DNA of 64,000 nt from Escherichia phage vB-Eco-KMB40. This document shows positions 45,723 through 63,148 of the stretch, one piece after another; within the stretch, counting starts at the first letter, position 1; every line of letters starts with the position of its first letter. Both the position numbers and the translations under genes were made by a program. The notes under the pieces were generated by a model. It did no database searches, was not told where the DNA came from, and saw nothing but the letters and a program-made list of their open reading frames with translations. The DNA lies in sequence record OR539220.1; one strand, 5' to 3'.

Positions 45723-47705
45723 ATGGCAAATACCCCTGTAAATTATCAATTAACAAGAACAGCAAATGCTATTCCCGAGATATTCGTCGGGGGTACGTTT
45801 GCTGAAATAAAACAAAACCTCATTGAATGGCTTAATGGCCAAAATGAATTTTTGGATTATGATTTTGAAGGCTCAAGATTAAACGTTCTGTGCGACCTTT
45901 TAGCTTATAATACATTGTACATTCAGCAGTTTGGTAATGCTGCTGTGTATGAAAGCTTTATGCGTACTGCTAACTTACGAAGTTCAGTTGTTCAGGCTGC
46001 ACAAGATAATGGATATTTACCTACTTCAAAATCCGCTGCACAGACCGAAATTATGTTAACATGCACCGACGCATTGAATAGAAATTACATTACTATTCCT
46101 CGCGGTACTCGCTTTTTAGCATATGCAAAGGATACTTCTGTTAATCCATATAACTTCGTTTCTACCGAAGACGTTATTGCTATTCGTGATAAAAATAACC
46201 AATATTTTCCACGATTAAAATTAGCTCAAGGACGTATAGTAAGAACTGAAATCATTTATGATAAATTAACACCTATTATCATTTATGACAAAAACATAGA
46301 TAGAAACCAAGTTAAACTATACGTTGATGGAGCAGAATGGATTAACTGGACAAGAAAGTCAATGGTTCATGCTGGTTCTACATCAACAATTTACTACATG
46401 CGTGAAACTATTGATGGAAACACTGAATTCTATTTTGGCGAAGGTGAAATTTCTGTTAATGCGGCAGAAGGAGCTCTAACTGCTAACTATATTGGAGGTC
46501 TTAAACCTACCCAGAACTCTACGATTGTTATTGAGTACATCAGTACTAACGGTGCAGATGCGAATGGTGCAGTCGGATTTTCATACGCAGATACATTAAC
46601 AAATATAACTGTCATCAATATTAACGAAAATCCAAATGATGACCCAGATTTTGTTGGGGCAGATGGCGGTGGCGATCCAGAAGATATTGAGCGTATTCGC
46701 GAATTGGGTACTATTAAACGCGAAACCCAGCAACGCTGCGTAACTGCGACCGACTATGATACATTCGTTTCAGAGAGATTTGGTTCTATTATTCAAGCTG
46801 TTCAGACTTTCACTGATTCTACTAAACCTGGGTATGCATTTATTGCTGCTAAACCTAAATCAGGACTATATTTAACTACTGTGCAACGTGAAGATATTAA
46901 AAATTATCTCAAAGACTATAATTTAGCGCCTATTACACCGTCAATTATTTCTCCTAATTATCTTTTTATTAAGACTAATTTAAAAGTCACATATGCTTTA
47001 AATAAACTACAAGAATCCGAACAGTGGCTTGAAGGTCAAATAATTGATAAAATTGATCGCTATTATACCGAAGATGTAGAAATTTTTAACTCATCTTTTG
47101 CCAAGTCTAAGATGTTAACTTACGTAGATGATGCAGATCATTCTATCATTGGTTCATCAGCGACTATTCAAATTGTTCGTGAAGTACAAAACTTCTATAA
47201 AACACCTGAAGCAGGTATTAAATACAATAATCAAATAAAAGATCGTTCTATGGAATCTAATACGTTTTCATTTAATTCTGGACGAAAGGTTGTAAATCCT
47301 GATACCGGTTTAGAAGAAGATGTATTATATGACGTTCGCATAGTATCAACAGACCGAGATTCTAAAGGAATTGGTAAAGTTATTATTGGTCCATTTGCTT
47401 CTGGCGATGTTACAGAAAATGAAAACATTCAGCCGTATACAGGCAATGATTTTAATAAATTAGCAAATTCTGATGGACGCGACAAATACTATGTTATCGG
47501 TGAAATAAATTATCCGGCTGACATGATTTATTGGAATATCGCTAAAATTAATTTAACATCTGAAAAATTTGAAGTTCAGACTATTGAATTATATTCTGAC
47601 CCAACCGATGATGTTATCTTTACTCGCGATGGTTCACTGATTGTATTTGAAAATGACTTACGTCCGCAATACTTAACTATCGATTTGGAGCCTATATCAC
47701 AATGA
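45723..47705 (+). CDS. 6: baseplate wedge protein gp6
   Basis: 660 aa, as T4 gp6; gene order. Confidence 0.92.
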   Translation: MANTPVNYQLTRTANAIPEIFVGGTFAEIKQNLIEWLNGQNEFLDYDFEGSRLNVLCDLLAYNTLYIQQFGNAAVYESFMRTANLRSSVVQAAQDNGYLPTSKSAAQTEIMLTCTDALNRNYITIPRGTRFLAYAKDTSVNPYNFVSTEDVIAIRDKNNQYFPRLKLAQGRIVRTEIIYDKLTPIIIYDKNIDRNQVKLYVDGAEWINWTRKSMVHAGSTSTIYYMRETIDGNTEFYFGEGEISVNAAEGALTANYIGGLKPTQNSTIVIEYISTNGADANGAVGFSYADTLTNITVININENPNDDPDFVGADGGGDPEDIERIRELGTIKRETQQRCVTATDYDTFVSERFGSIIQAVQTFTDSTKPGYAFIAAKPKSGLYLTTVQREDIKNYLKDYNLAPITPSIISPNYLFIKTNLKVTYALNKLQESEQWLEGQIIDKIDRYYTEDVEIFNSSFAKSKMLTYVDDADHSIIGSSATIQIVREVQNFYKTPEAGIKYNNQIKDRSMESNTFSFNSGRKVVNPDTGLEEDVLYDVRIVSTDRDSKGIGKVIIGPFASGDVTENENIQPYTGNDFNKLANSDGRDKYYVIGEINYPADMIYWNIAKINLTSEKFEVQTIELYSDPTDDVIFTRDGSLIVFENDLRPQYLTIDLEPISQ

Positions 47706-50700
47706 CAGTAAAAGCACCTTCAGTCACTAGTCTCAGAATTTCCAAGTTATCCGCAAATCAGGTGCAAGTACGCTGGGATGACGTTGGTGCTAATTTCTAC
47801 TATTTTGTAGAAATCGCTGAGACAAAAACAAACTCGGGGGAAAATCTCCCGAGTAATCAATACAGATGGATTAACTTAGGATATACTGCAAATAACAGCT
47901 TCTTTTTTGATGATGCTGATCCACTGACATCATATGTTATTAGAGTAGCTACAGCTGCGCAAGATTTTGAGCAGTCTGATTGGATTTATACCGAAGAGTT
48001 TGAAACTTTTGCTACAAATGCTTATACATTTCAAAACATGATTGAAATGCAATTAGCCAATAAATTCATTCAGGAAAAATTTACTCTTAATAATTCTGAT
48101 TATGTTAATTTCAATAATGACACAATAATGGCTGCGTTGATGAATGAATCATTTCAGTTCAGCCCATCGTATGCTGATGTTTCATCAATAAGTAATTTTA
48201 TTATTGGTGAAAACGAGTATCATGAAATACAAGGTTCTATTCAGCAAGTATGTAAGGATATTAACCGAGTTTATTTGATGGAATCAGAAGGGATTCTATA
48301 TCTTTTTGAGCGTTATCAACCCGTAGTTAAAGTATCCAATGATAAAGGACAAACCTGGAAAGCTGTAAAGCTCTTCAATGACCGTGTAGGATATCCTTTA
48401 TCTAAGACTGTATATTACCAATCTGCAAACACAACATACGTTCTAGGATACGATAAGATTTTCTATGGCCGTAAATCGACTGACGTTAGATGGTCAGCAG
48501 ATGATGTCAGATTCAGTTCACAGGATATAACATTTGCTAAATTAGGAGACCAACTTCATTTAGGATTCGATGTTGAAATCTTCGCTACTTATGCGACTTT
48601 ACCAGCGAATGTATACCGTATAGCTGAAGCCATTACTTGTACGGATGATTATATCTATGTTGTTGCCAGAGATAAAGTTAGATATATAAAAACGAGTAAT
48701 GCACCTATAGATTCTGACCCGTTATCACCAACATACTCGGAAAGACTTTTTGAACCTGATACAATGACTATAACTGGAAATCCTAAAGCTGTATGCTATA
48801 AAATGGATTCTATTGGTGATAAAGTTTTTGCTCTTATTATTGGTGAAGTTGAAACATTAAATGCCAATCCGAGAACTTCAAAAATAATTGATTCCGCTGA
48901 TAAAGGAATATATGTTTTGAATCAAGACACGAAAACATGGAAAAGAGTTTTCGGTAATACCGAAGAAGAAAGAAGACGTATTCAACCTGGATACGCAAAC
49001 ATGTCAACTGATGGTAAATTAGTTTCTCTGTCTTCGAGTAATTTTAAATTTTTAAGTGATAACGTTGTTAATGACCCTGAAACTGCTGCAAAATACCAGT
49101 TAATCGGTGCTGTCAAATATGAATTTCCTCGCGAATGGTTAGCTGATAAACATTATCATATGATGGCGTTTATAGCGGATGAAAAATCTGATTGGGAGAC
49201 TTTTACTCCTCAACCGATGAAATACTACGCAGAACCGTTCTTTAATTGGTCTAAAAAATCTAACACTCGTTGTTGGATAAACAACTCTGATAAAGCTGTT
49301 GTAGTTTATGCAGATTTGAAATACACCAAAGTTATTGAAAATATTCCAGAAACGTCACCAGATAGATTAGTGCATGAATACTGGGATGATGGCGATTGCA
49401 CTATAGTAATGCCAAATGTTAAATTCACTGGATTTAAAAAATACGCATCAGGAATGCTTTTTTATAAATCTTCTGGTGAAATAATTTCTTATTATGATTT
49501 TAACTATCGTGTGAGAGATACAGTAGAAATTATTTGGAAGCCGACTGAAGTATTTTTAAAAGCATTTTTACAAAACCAAGAGCGTGAAACTCCTTGGTCA
49601 CCAGAAGAAGAACGTGGATTAGCTGACCCTGATTTAAGACCATTAATTGGCACAATGATGCCTGATTCTTATTTGTTACAAGATTCTAATTTTGAGGCAT
49701 TTTGCGAAGCATATATTCAGTATCTTTCTGATGGATATGGAACTCAGTATAACAATTTACGAAATTTAATTCGTAACCAATATCCACGAGAAGAGCATGC
49801 GTGGGAATATTTATGGTCAGAAATATATAAAAGAAACATTTATTTAAATGCTGACAAACGCGATGCTGTTGCAAGATTTTTTGAATCACGTAGCTATGAT
49901 TTTTATTCTACTAAAGGAATTGAAGCATCATATAAATTTCTTTTTAAAGTTCTTTATAATGAAGAAGTTGAAATTGAAATTGAATCGGGAGCAGGTACTG
50001 AATATGATGTAATCATTCAATCTGATTCTCTTACAGAAGATTTAGTAGGACAAACTATCTATACTGCAACTGGAAGATGTAATGTTACTTATATAGAAAG
50101 AAGTTATTCTAATGGTAAATTGCAATGGACTGTGACTATACATAATCTTTTGGGGCGGTTAATAGCAGGACAAGAAGTTAAAGCAGAAAGACTCCCTAGT
50201 TTTGAAGGCGAAATTATTCGTGGGGTTAAAGGAAAAGATTTGCTTCAAAATAATATAGACTATATTAATAGAAGTAGATCATATTATGTAATGAAAATTA
50301 AATCCAATTTACCTTCTTCCCGCTGGAAATCTGACGTTATTCGTTTTGTTCACCCAGTAGGATTTGGATTTATAGCAATCACGCTTTTAACTATGTTTAT
50401 TAATGTCGGTTTAACTCTTAAACACACAGAGACAATAATTAATAAATATAAAAACTATAAATGGGATTCTGGATTGCCTACTGAATATGCTGATAGAGTA
50501 GCTAAATTGACTCCAACTGGTGAAATTGAGCATGATTCGGTAACAGGCGAAGCAATTTATGAGCCTGGCCCAATGGCTGGTGTAGAATATCCTCTTCCTG
50601 ATGACTATAATGCTGAAAATAACAATTCAATATTTCAAGGTCAATTGCCGTCTGAACGACGTAAATTAATGAGTCCTTTATTTGATGCATCTGGAACAAC

Positions 50701-50800
50701 ATTTGCGCAATTTAGAGATTTAGTTAATAAACGTCTAAAAGATAATATAGGAAATCCAAGAGACCCTGAAAATCCAACACAGGTTAAAATAGATGAATGA
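47702..50800 (+). CDS. 7: baseplate wedge initiator gp7
   Basis: 1032 aa, as T4 gp7; ATGA overlap with gene 6. Confidence 0.92.
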   Translation: MTVKAPSVTSLRISKLSANQVQVRWDDVGANFYYFVEIAETKTNSGENLPSNQYRWINLGYTANNSFFFDDADPLTSYVIRVATAAQDFEQSDWIYTEEFETFATNAYTFQNMIEMQLANKFIQEKFTLNNSDYVNFNNDTIMAALMNESFQFSPSYADVSSISNFIIGENEYHEIQGSIQQVCKDINRVYLMESEGILYLFERYQPVVKVSNDKGQTWKAVKLFNDRVGYPLSKTVYYQSANTTYVLGYDKIFYGRKSTDVRWSADDVRFSSQDITFAKLGDQLHLGFDVEIFATYATLPANVYRIAEAITCTDDYIYVVARDKVRYIKTSNAPIDSDPLSPTYSERLFEPDTMTITGNPKAVCYKMDSIGDKVFALIIGEVETLNANPRTSKIIDSADKGIYVLNQDTKTWKRVFGNTEEERRRIQPGYANMSTDGKLVSLSSSNFKFLSDNVVNDPETAAKYQLIGAVKYEFPREWLADKHYHMMAFIADEKSDWETFTPQPMKYYAEPFFNWSKKSNTRCWINNSDKAVVVYADLKYTKVIENIPETSPDRLVHEYWDDGDCTIVMPNVKFTGFKKYASGMLFYKSSGEIISYYDFNYRVRDTVEIIWKPTEVFLKAFLQNQERETPWSPEEERGLADPDLRPLIGTMMPDSYLLQDSNFEAFCEAYIQYLSDGYGTQYNNLRNLIRNQYPREEHAWEYLWSEIYKRNIYLNADKRDAVARFFESRSYDFYSTKGIEASYKFLFKVLYNEEVEIEIESGAGTEYDVIIQSDSLTEDLVGQTIYTATGRCNVTYIERSYSNGKLQWTVTIHNLLGRLIAGQEVKAERLPSFEGEIIRGVKGKDLLQNNIDYINRSRSYYVMKIKSNLPSSRWKSDVIRFVHPVGFGFIAITLLTMFINVGLTLKHTETIINKYKNYKWDSGLPTEYADRVAKLTPTGEIEHDSVTGEAIYEPGPMAGVEYPLPDDYNAENNNSIFQGQLPSERRKLMSPLFDASGTTFAQFRDLVNKRLKDNIGNPRDPENPTQVKIDE

Positions 50801-51797
50801 TTCAAGTGTTATCTATCGTGCGATAGTTACTTCAAAATTTAGAACAGAAAAAATGTTGAATTTTTATAATTCAATTGGAAGTGGTCCGGATAAAAACACT
50901 ATCTTTATCACATTTGGAAGATCAGAACCGTGGTCATCAAATGAAAATGAGGTGGGCTTTGCCCCACCTTATCCTACCGATTCTGTATTAGGTGTAACTG
51001 ACATGTGGACTCATATGATGGGAACAGTAAAAGTTCTTCCATCAATGCTTGATGCAGTTATTCCTCGTCGAGATTGGGGAGATACTAGATATCCGGATCC
51101 ATACACATTTAGAATTAACGATATTGTAGTGTGTAACTCAGCTCCTTACAACGCTACTGAATCAGGCGCGGGATGGTTAGTGTATCGCTGTTTAGATGTT
51201 CCTGATACTGGAATGTGCTCAATAGCATCTTTAACTAATAAGGATGAATGCCTTAAGTTAGGTGGAAAATGGACTCCTTCTGCTAGGTCAATGACTCCTC
51301 CTGAAGGTCGAGGAGATGCTGAAGGAACAATTGAACCTGGGGATGGATATGTTTGGGAATATTTATTTGAGATTCCGCCTGATGTATCTATAAATAGATG
51401 TACGAATGAATACATCGTGGTTCCTTGGCCTGAGGAATTAAAAGAAGACCCGACTAGATGGGGGTATGAAGATAATCTCACTTGGCAACAAGATGATTTT
51501 GGATTAATTTACCGTGTTAAGGCAAATACTATCCGTTTTAAAGCATATTTAGATTCAGTTTATTTTCCTGAAGCTGCATTGCCGGGAAATAAAGGATTTA
51601 GACAAATATCAATAATTACGAATCCTCTTGAAGCTAAAGCTCATCCAAATGACCCAAATGTTAAAGCTGAAAAGGATTATTATGATCCGGAAGATTTAAT
51701 GAGGCATTCGGGCGAAATGATTTATATGGAAAATAGGCCACCTATTATTATGGCAATGGATCAGACAGAAGAAATCAATATTCTGTTTACATTTTAA
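50793..51797 (+). CDS. 8: baseplate wedge protein gp8
   Basis: 334 aa, as T4 gp8. Confidence 0.92.
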   Translation: MNDSSVIYRAIVTSKFRTEKMLNFYNSIGSGPDKNTIFITFGRSEPWSSNENEVGFAPPYPTDSVLGVTDMWTHMMGTVKVLPSMLDAVIPRRDWGDTRYPDPYTFRINDIVVCNSAPYNATESGAGWLVYRCLDVPDTGMCSIASLTNKDECLKLGGKWTPSARSMTPPEGRGDAEGTIEPGDGYVWEYLFEIPPDVSINRCTNEYIVVPWPEELKEDPTRWGYEDNLTWQQDDFGLIYRVKANTIRFKAYLDSVYFPEAALPGNKGFRQISIITNPLEAKAHPNDPNVKAEKDYYDPEDLMRHSGEMIYMENRPPIIMAMDQTEEINILFTF

Positions 51798-51802
51798 ATT
51801 AA

Positions 51803-51829
51803 GGGAGCCCATGGGCTCCCTTTTTCTTT
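51803..51829 (+). terminator. intrinsic terminator (GGGAGCCC-ATGGGCTCCC perfect palindrome plus TTTTTCTTT)
   Basis: 18-bp perfect palindrome after gene 8 stop, followed by T-run and then the gene 9 late promoter. Confidence 0.6.
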
Positions 51830-51836
51830 ATAAATA
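51829..51836 (+). promoter_or_regulatory. late promoter TATAAATA for gene 9
   Basis: Exact TATAAATA 25 nt upstream of gene 9 ATG. Confidence 0.65.
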
Positions 51837-51860
51837 CTATAAACTCATAAGGAAACCGCT

Positions 51861-52727
51861 ATGTTCATTCAAGAACCAAAGAAATTGATTGATACCGGCG
51901 AAATTGGTAACGCTTCTACTGGTGATATCTTATTCGACGGTGGTAATAAAATTAATAGTGATTTTAACGCAATTTATAACGCGTTTGGCGATCAACGTAA
52001 AATGGCAGTAGCAAATGGCACTGGAGCAGATGGTCAAATTATCCATGCTACTGGATATTATCAAAAACACTCTATTGCAGAGTATGCAACTCCAGTAAAA
52101 GTTGGCACTAGGCATGATATTGATACCTCTACTGTAGGTGTTAAAGTTATCATTGAAAGAGGCGAACTTGGCGACTGCGTTGAATTTATTAACTCAAATG
52201 GATCAATATCAGTTACTAATCCTTTAACGATTCAAGCTATTGATTCAATTAAAGGCGTTTCAGGTAATTTAGTAGTAACTAGTCCATATAGTAAAGTTAC
52301 CTTACGTTGTATTTCATCTGATAATTCTACGTCGGTTTGGAATTATTCTATTGAAAGTATGTTTGGTCAAAAGGAATCACCTGCTGAAGGTACATGGAAT
52401 ATTTCTACATCTGGATCAGTTGACATTCCACTATTTCATCGCACTGAATACAATATGGCTAAATTGCTAGTTACGTGCCAATCAGTAGATGGAAGAAAAA
52501 TTAAAACAGCAGAAATAAATATTCTTGTGGATACTGTTAATTCAGAAGTTATTTCTTCTGAGTATGCTGTCATGCGAGTTGGAAATGAAACAGAAGAAGA
52601 CGAAATCGCTAATATTGCATTTAGTATTAAAGAAAATTACGTAACGGCGACTATAAGTTCTTCAACTGTCGGTATGAGAGCAGCAGTTAAAGTTATCGCT
52701 ACGCAGAAAATCGGGGTGGCTCAATAA
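51861..52727 (+). CDS. 9: baseplate protein gp9 (long tail fibre socket)
   Basis: 288 aa, as T4 gp9. Confidence 0.92.
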   Translation: MFIQEPKKLIDTGEIGNASTGDILFDGGNKINSDFNAIYNAFGDQRKMAVANGTGADGQIIHATGYYQKHSIAEYATPVKVGTRHDIDTSTVGVKVIIERGELGDCVEFINSNGSISVTNPLTIQAIDSIKGVSGNLVVTSPYSKVTLRCISSDNSTSVWNYSIESMFGQKESPAEGTWNISTSGSVDIPLFHRTEYNMAKLLVTCQSVDGRKIKTAEINILVDTVNSEVISSEYAVMRVGNETEEDEIANIAFSIKENYVTATISSSTVGMRAAVKVIATQKIGVAQ

Positions 52728-54532
52728 TGAAACAAAATATTAATATCGGTAATGTTGTAGATGATGGTACCGGTGACTACCTGCGTAAAGGTGGTATAAA
52801 AATAAATGAAAACTTTGATGAGCTTTATTATGAACTTGGTGATGGTAATGTTCCATATTCAGCCGGTGCCTGGAAAACTTATAATGCTTCATCTGGGCAA
52901 ACATTAAAAGCTGAATGGGGAAAATCATACGCTATTAATACTTCGTCTGGAAGAGTAACACTGCAACTTCCTAAAGGAACTGTTAATGATTATAATAAAG
53001 TAATTAGAGCTAGGGATGTATTTGCAACATGGAATGTTAATCCAGTTACTTTAGTAGCCGCTTCTGGTGATACTATCAAAGGATCATCGTCATCGGTTGA
53101 AATTAACGTTCAATTTAGTGATTTAGAGCTAGTTTATTGCGCTCCGGGTCGTTGGGAATATGTCAAAAATAAACAAATTGACAAAATTATTAGTTCAGAC
53201 ATTAGCAATGTAGCTCGTAAAGAATTTTTAGTCGAAGTTCAAGGACAAACAGACTTTTTAGATATTTTCCATGGAACTAGTTATAATGTTAATAACATCA
53301 GAGTAAAACACCGCGGTAATGAATTGTATTACGGCGATGTTTTTAGCGAAAACAGTGACTTTGGCTCTCCAGGGGAAAATGAAGGAGAATTGGTTCCTCT
53401 TGATGGATTTAATATTAGATTAAGACAGCCTTGTAATATTGGTGACACTGTTCAAATTGAAACATTTATGGACGGTGTATCGCAGTGGAGAAGTTCATAC
53501 ACAAGACGTCAAATAAAAGTATTAGATTCAAAATTAACATCAAAAACTTCTTTGGAAGGAAGTATTTACGTTACTGATTTATCGACAATGAAATCAATTC
53601 CATTCTCCGCATTTGGATTAATTCCAGGAGAACCTATTAATCCTAATTCTCTTGAAGTTCGTTTTAATGGAATTTTACAACAACAAGCTGGAACAGCCGG
53701 ATATCCTCTGTTTTTATGTGAAGGCGCTAATTCAGATACGCAAGCAGGATGTATATCTCTTGGTGGTGAATGGAAAGAATCGAATACAGATTATTCTATA
53801 GAATATGAAGATGGAAAACCTGTCAGTCTTTTATTTGATAGAAAATTTGAATCCGGCGATATAATCGTTATAACATGGTTCAATAATGATTTAGGAACTC
53901 TTTTGGAAAAAGATGACATCATTGAATTAACTGATGAACGCTATGTTAGCAAAGGATCATCTACTGAAGTTACTGGTGATGTAGCCTTAACTGATTTTGA
54001 TAAAATCGGTTGGCCAAATGTTGAAAAAGTTGATTCTTATACTAGAACATATAATTCAATATCATCTATTTTCGATAGCATTTATCCCATTGGTTCAATT
54101 TATGAAAATGCTATAAACCCAAATAATCCGGTGACTTATATGGGGTTTGGTTCATGGAAATTATTTGGTAAAGGACAAGTTTTAGTAGGATGGAATGATG
54201 ATGTTACGGATCCAAACTTTGCATTAAATAACAATGATTTAGATTCTAGCGGAAATCCTTCGCATACTGCCGGTGGAACAGTTGGAACAACATCAGTGAC
54301 ACTTGAGAACGCAAATCTTCCTGCGACTAAAACTGATGAAAAAGTTTTAATTGAAGATGAAAACGGATCAGTTATTATTGGAGGTTGCCAATATGACCCA
54401 GATGAAACTGGTCCTATATATACAAAATATCGTGAAGACTACGCAACAACAAACTCTTCACATACTCCTCCTGCTAATATTAGTAATATTCAACCGTCTA
54501 TTACTGTATACCGTTGGATAAGGATTGCATAA
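52727..54532 (+). CDS. 10: baseplate wedge protein gp10
   Basis: 601 aa (T4 602); TAATG overlap with gene 11. Confidence 0.92.
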   Translation: MKQNINIGNVVDDGTGDYLRKGGIKINENFDELYYELGDGNVPYSAGAWKTYNASSGQTLKAEWGKSYAINTSSGRVTLQLPKGTVNDYNKVIRARDVFATWNVNPVTLVAASGDTIKGSSSSVEINVQFSDLELVYCAPGRWEYVKNKQIDKIISSDISNVARKEFLVEVQGQTDFLDIFHGTSYNVNNIRVKHRGNELYYGDVFSENSDFGSPGENEGELVPLDGFNIRLRQPCNIGDTVQIETFMDGVSQWRSSYTRRQIKVLDSKLTSKTSLEGSIYVTDLSTMKSIPFSAFGLIPGEPINPNSLEVRFNGILQQQAGTAGYPLFLCEGANSDTQAGCISLGGEWKESNTDYSIEYEDGKPVSLLFDRKFESGDIIVITWFNNDLGTLLEKDDIIELTDERYVSKGSSTEVTGDVALTDFDKIGWPNVEKVDSYTRTYNSISSIFDSIYPIGSIYENAINPNNPVTYMGFGSWKLFGKGQVLVGWNDDVTDPNFALNNNDLDSSGNPSHTAGGTVGTTSVTLENANLPATKTDEKVLIEDENGSVIIGGCQYDPDETGPIYTKYREDYATTNSSHTPPANISNIQPSITVYRWIRIA

Positions 54533-55191
54533 TGAGTTTACTTAATAATAAAGCGGGAGTTATTTCCCGCTTAGCAGATTTTCTTGGTTTTAGAACTAAG
54601 AAAAATGATATTTCGGTTATGAATAATCAGCCAGTAGGTGCTGTAACAATTTCACAAATAGCAAAAGGTTTTTATGACCCAAATGTAGAATCTGCTATCA
54701 ATGATGTTAGAAATATGGCAGAGCAACAGGTTGGAGCTGTATTAGTTAATATAAGTGGCGTATCTCCTACCGGCGTGCAGCAAACAGACTATTGGTCATT
54801 TGAAGGAACTGTTACTGATACTTCAGCTAAACCAGGTGACCCAGTTATTGTTAATATGTTTGGCATTCCTGTTAAAGCTACTAATGGAATGACTTCAATC
54901 GAATTTACCAGTGCCGTTAGAACAGCTCTGCAGGAAATGGTTGCAAAATTTATTGCAATTGATTCATTTGAAGACCATCCTACCATAGGAAATAAAATAC
55001 AAGTTAAGTATTTAGATAACCAAGAACATATCTTAGAACAATACTCTGATAAAGGAATTACTTTCAAACAGGAAATAATTTCTCCTTCTAAACCTGGGTA
55101 TGGAACTTGGCAATTATTAGGTGCGCAAACTGTTACGCTAGATAGTCACACCCAACCTACAGTATTTTATTATTTTGAGAGAATAGCATGA
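54532..55191 (+). CDS. 11: baseplate wedge / short tail fibre attachment protein gp11
   Basis: 219 aa from ATG at 54532 ([10 protein letters not shown]), as T4 gp11; track ORF starts 18 nt upstream. Confidence 0.92.
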   Translation: MSLLNNKAGVISRLADFLGFRTKKNDISVMNNQPVGAVTISQIAKGFYDPNVESAINDVRNMAEQQVGAVLVNISGVSPTGVQQTDYWSFEGTVTDTSAKPGDPVIVNMFGIPVKATNGMTSIEFTSAVRTALQEMVAKFIAIDSFEDHPTIGNKIQVKYLDNQEHILEQYSDKGITFKQEIISPSKPGYGTWQLLGAQTVTLDSHTQPTVFYYFERIA

Positions 55192-56738
55192 GTAACAATA
55201 CATATCAGCACGTATCAAATGAATCAAAATACGTTAAATTCGATCCTGTAGGATCGAATTTTCCTGACACTGTCACGACAGTGCAGTCAGCATTATCAAA
55301 AATAAGTAATATCGGCGTAAATGGTATTCCTGATGCAACTATGGAAGTTAAAGGAATAGCAATGATTGCATCGGAGCAAGAGGTTTTAGATGGAACTAAT
55401 AATTCTAAAATCGTTACACCAGCTACATTAGCAACAAGATTATTGTATCCAAATGCTACTGAAACTAAATATGGATTAACACGCTATTCAACAAATGAAG
55501 AAACTTTAGAAGGCTCAGATAATAATTCATCAATAACGCCACAAAAACTGAAATACCATACTGACGATGTATTCCAAAATAGGTATTCATCTGAATCATC
55601 AAATGGAGTTATTAAAATATCATCTACTCCTGCGGCTTTGGCTGGAGTTGATGATACTACGGCGATGACTCCGTTGAAAACCCAAAAACTCGCAATAAAA
55701 TTAATTTCGCAAATAGCTCCTTCAGAAGACACAGCATCAGAATCTGTTAGAGGTGTAGTTCAGTTATCAACTGTCGCTCAAACTCGTCAAGGAACTCTCC
55801 GCGAAGGATATGCAATTTCTCCGTATACCTTTATGAATTCTGTTGCAACACAAGAATATAAGGGTGTTATACGTCTAGGAACACAATCAGAAATTAACAG
55901 TAATTTGGGAGATGTTGCAGTAACAGGTGAAACATTAAATGGTCGAGGAGCTACCGGTTCTATGCGTGGGGTAGTAAAATTAACGACGCAAGCCGGTATT
56001 GCTCCTGAAGGTGATAGCTCTGGGGCATTAGCCTGGAACGCAGATGTAATTAATACTCGTGGTGGACAAACTATTAATGGTTCTTTAAATTTAGATCATC
56101 TCACAGCAAATGGAATTTGGTCGCGCGGCGGAATGTGGAAAAATGGCGATCAACCTGTTGCCACTGAAAGATATGCGTCCGAAAGGGTTCCGGTTGGAAC
56201 TATTATGATGTTTGCGGGTGATTCAGCACCTCCAGGTTGGATTATGTGTCATGGTGGAACCGTGTCAGGAGATCAATATCCTGATTATAGAAACACAGTT
56301 GGAACGAGATTTGGTGGCGATTGGAATAATCCTGGCATTCCTGATATGCGAGGTCTTTTCGTCAGAGGAGCTGGTACTGGTGGTCATATTTTAAATCAAC
56401 GAGGGCAAGATGGTTACGGGAAGGATAGACTTGGTGTAGGATGTGACGGAATGCATGTTGGCGGTGTTCAAGCACAACAGATGTCATACCATAAACATGC
56501 TGGTGGTTGGGGAGAATACCAAAGACATGAAGCTCCATTTGGCGCGTCCGTTTATCAAGGATATCTTGGAACTAGAAAATATGCCGACTGGGATAATGCT
56601 TCATACTTCACTAATGATGGATTTGAATTAGGTGGACCGAGAGATGCCCTTGGTACACTTAATCGTGAAGGATTAATTGGTTATGAAACTAGACCATGGA
56701 ATATATCATTAAACTATATTATTAAAATTCATTACTAA
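55188..56738 (+). CDS. 12: short tail fibre protein gp12
   Basis: 516 aa (T4 527 as recalled); N-terminus [13 protein letters not shown] and C-terminal receptor-binding region with HKHAGGWGE. Confidence 0.92.
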   Translation: MSNNTYQHVSNESKYVKFDPVGSNFPDTVTTVQSALSKISNIGVNGIPDATMEVKGIAMIASEQEVLDGTNNSKIVTPATLATRLLYPNATETKYGLTRYSTNEETLEGSDNNSSITPQKLKYHTDDVFQNRYSSESSNGVIKISSTPAALAGVDDTTAMTPLKTQKLAIKLISQIAPSEDTASESVRGVVQLSTVAQTRQGTLREGYAISPYTFMNSVATQEYKGVIRLGTQSEINSNLGDVAVTGETLNGRGATGSMRGVVKLTTQAGIAPEGDSSGALAWNADVINTRGGQTINGSLNLDHLTANGIWSRGGMWKNGDQPVATERYASERVPVGTIMMFAGDSAPPGWIMCHGGTVSGDQYPDYRNTVGTRFGGDWNNPGIPDMRGLFVRGAGTGGHILNQRGQDGYGKDRLGVGCDGMHVGGVQAQQMSYHKHAGGWGEYQRHEAPFGASVYQGYLGTRKYADWDNASYFTNDGFELGGPRDALGTLNREGLIGYETRPWNISLNYIIKIHY

Positions 56739-56747
56739 GGATTACAA

Positions 56748-58205
56748 ATGATTGAATTAAAAGATTTACCTTTTGTTGATAGCGTTCCTGACGAAGGTCA
56801 GGAGCGTATTTCATGGATTAAAAATGGTGAAGAAATACTAGGAGCTAGTACTAAGTATGGAAACGATGGATCAATGAATAGACCAACTGTGTCCGTATTT
56901 AAAAATGTTGAGGTTCTTGATGAAAATATAGGAATTCTTAAAACTGCCGTTGAAACATCACAGGAAGATATTAAAACAATTCAAGGCATTTTGGATGTAT
57001 CTGGAGATATCGAAGCACTATCACAGATTAGCGTTAATAAAAATGACATATCAAATTTAAAGACGCTTACGAATGAACACACTGATATATTAAATGGTAC
57101 AAATGCCACTGTTGACCGCATTCTTTCTGATATAGGTCCATTTAATGAACACGCAAATTCAGTTTATAGAACAGTTCGAAATGATTTGTTATGGATTAAA
57201 AGAGAATTAGGGCAATATGCTGGACAAGATATTAATGGTCTTCCTGTTGTAGGAAATAGCAGCACGGGTATGAAGCATCGTATCATTAATAATACAGATG
57301 CTATAACTTCCCAAGGAATACGTCTAAGTGATTTGGAAGAAAAATTTATTGAATCTGATGTAGGTTCACTGACAATTGAAGTTGGAAATCTTAGACAAGA
57401 ACTTGGACAAAGACCATCTTCATTTAGTGAAAGCATATATTCACGTATGCATAATTTAGATCAATCGCAGATTAATCTTAGTTCCGAAATTAAATCTATC
57501 AAAACTTCTATTGGATATCCAGGAAATACTTCAATAATCACAGATGTCAATGTCAATAGTCAAGAAATTTCAGCTTTAAATGATGAACTAAATAAAAGTG
57601 GCGGCGTTAAACAGCGATTAACTGTTATTGAAACATCGATTGGTTCAGATGATATTCCTTCTAGTATTAAAGGTCAAATTAAAGATAATACCACTTCTAT
57701 TGAATCTTTAAATGGAATTGTAGGTGAAAACACCTCGTCCGGTTTAAGAGCTAACGTTTCATGGCTAAATCAGATAGTTGGAACTGATTCTAGCGGAGGT
57801 CAACCTTCTCCTCCGGGGTCTCTTTTAAATAGAGTTTCAACTGTTGAAACCTCTGTTAATAGACTTAACAATGATGTTCAAAACTTACAGGTTGAAATTG
57901 GTAATAACAATTCCGGAATTAAAGGGCAAGTTGTAGCACTAAATAAATTAGTAAATGGAACAAATCCGAATGGTTCAACTGTCGAAGAACGCGGATTGAC
58001 TAATTCAATAAAAGCTAATGAGACTAACATTTCTTCAATTAATCAAGAGATTCGTAGTATTAAAGGTAATGTGTCCTCATTACAGAGGGATGTCCAGACT
58101 TTACAAGAAGCTGGTTATATTCCTGAAGCTCCAAAAGATGGTCAAGCTTACGTTCGTAAAGACGGCGAATGGGTATTGCTTTCTACCTTTTTATCACCAG
58201 CATAA
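56748..58205 (+). CDS. wac: fibritin (whisker antigen control) with C-terminal foldon
   Basis: 485 aa; coiled-coil repeats; C-terminal foldon [27 protein letters not shown]. Confidence 0.95.
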   Translation: MIELKDLPFVDSVPDEGQERISWIKNGEEILGASTKYGNDGSMNRPTVSVFKNVEVLDENIGILKTAVETSQEDIKTIQGILDVSGDIEALSQISVNKNDISNLKTLTNEHTDILNGTNATVDRILSDIGPFNEHANSVYRTVRNDLLWIKRELGQYAGQDINGLPVVGNSSTGMKHRIINNTDAITSQGIRLSDLEEKFIESDVGSLTIEVGNLRQELGQRPSSFSESIYSRMHNLDQSQINLSSEIKSIKTSIGYPGNTSIITDVNVNSQEISALNDELNKSGGVKQRLTVIETSIGSDDIPSSIKGQIKDNTTSIESLNGIVGENTSSGLRANVSWLNQIVGTDSSGGQPSPPGSLLNRVSTVETSVNRLNNDVQNLQVEIGNNNSGIKGQVVALNKLVNGTNPNGSTVEERGLTNSIKANETNISSINQEIRSIKGNVSSLQRDVQTLQEAGYIPEAPKDGQAYVRKDGEWVLLSTFLSPA

Positions 58206-58208
58206 CAT

Positions 58209-58226
58209 GGGGCCGCAAGGCCCTAA
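58209..58226 (+). terminator. GC hairpin (GGGGCC-GCAA-GGCCC) after wac; weak terminator or RNA-stability element
   Basis: Perfect hairpin with GNRA loop; no strong U-run. Confidence 0.35.
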
Positions 58227-58236
58227 AGGATTTTAA

Positions 58237-59938
<1,702 letters not shown>

Positions 59939-59979
59939 TAAATATTATAAACTAATTAAAGCCCAGATTAGGAGAAATC

Positions 59980-63120
<3,141 letters not shown>

Positions 63121-63148
63121 TATTAAAGCATATTAAAGAGGATTAAAA

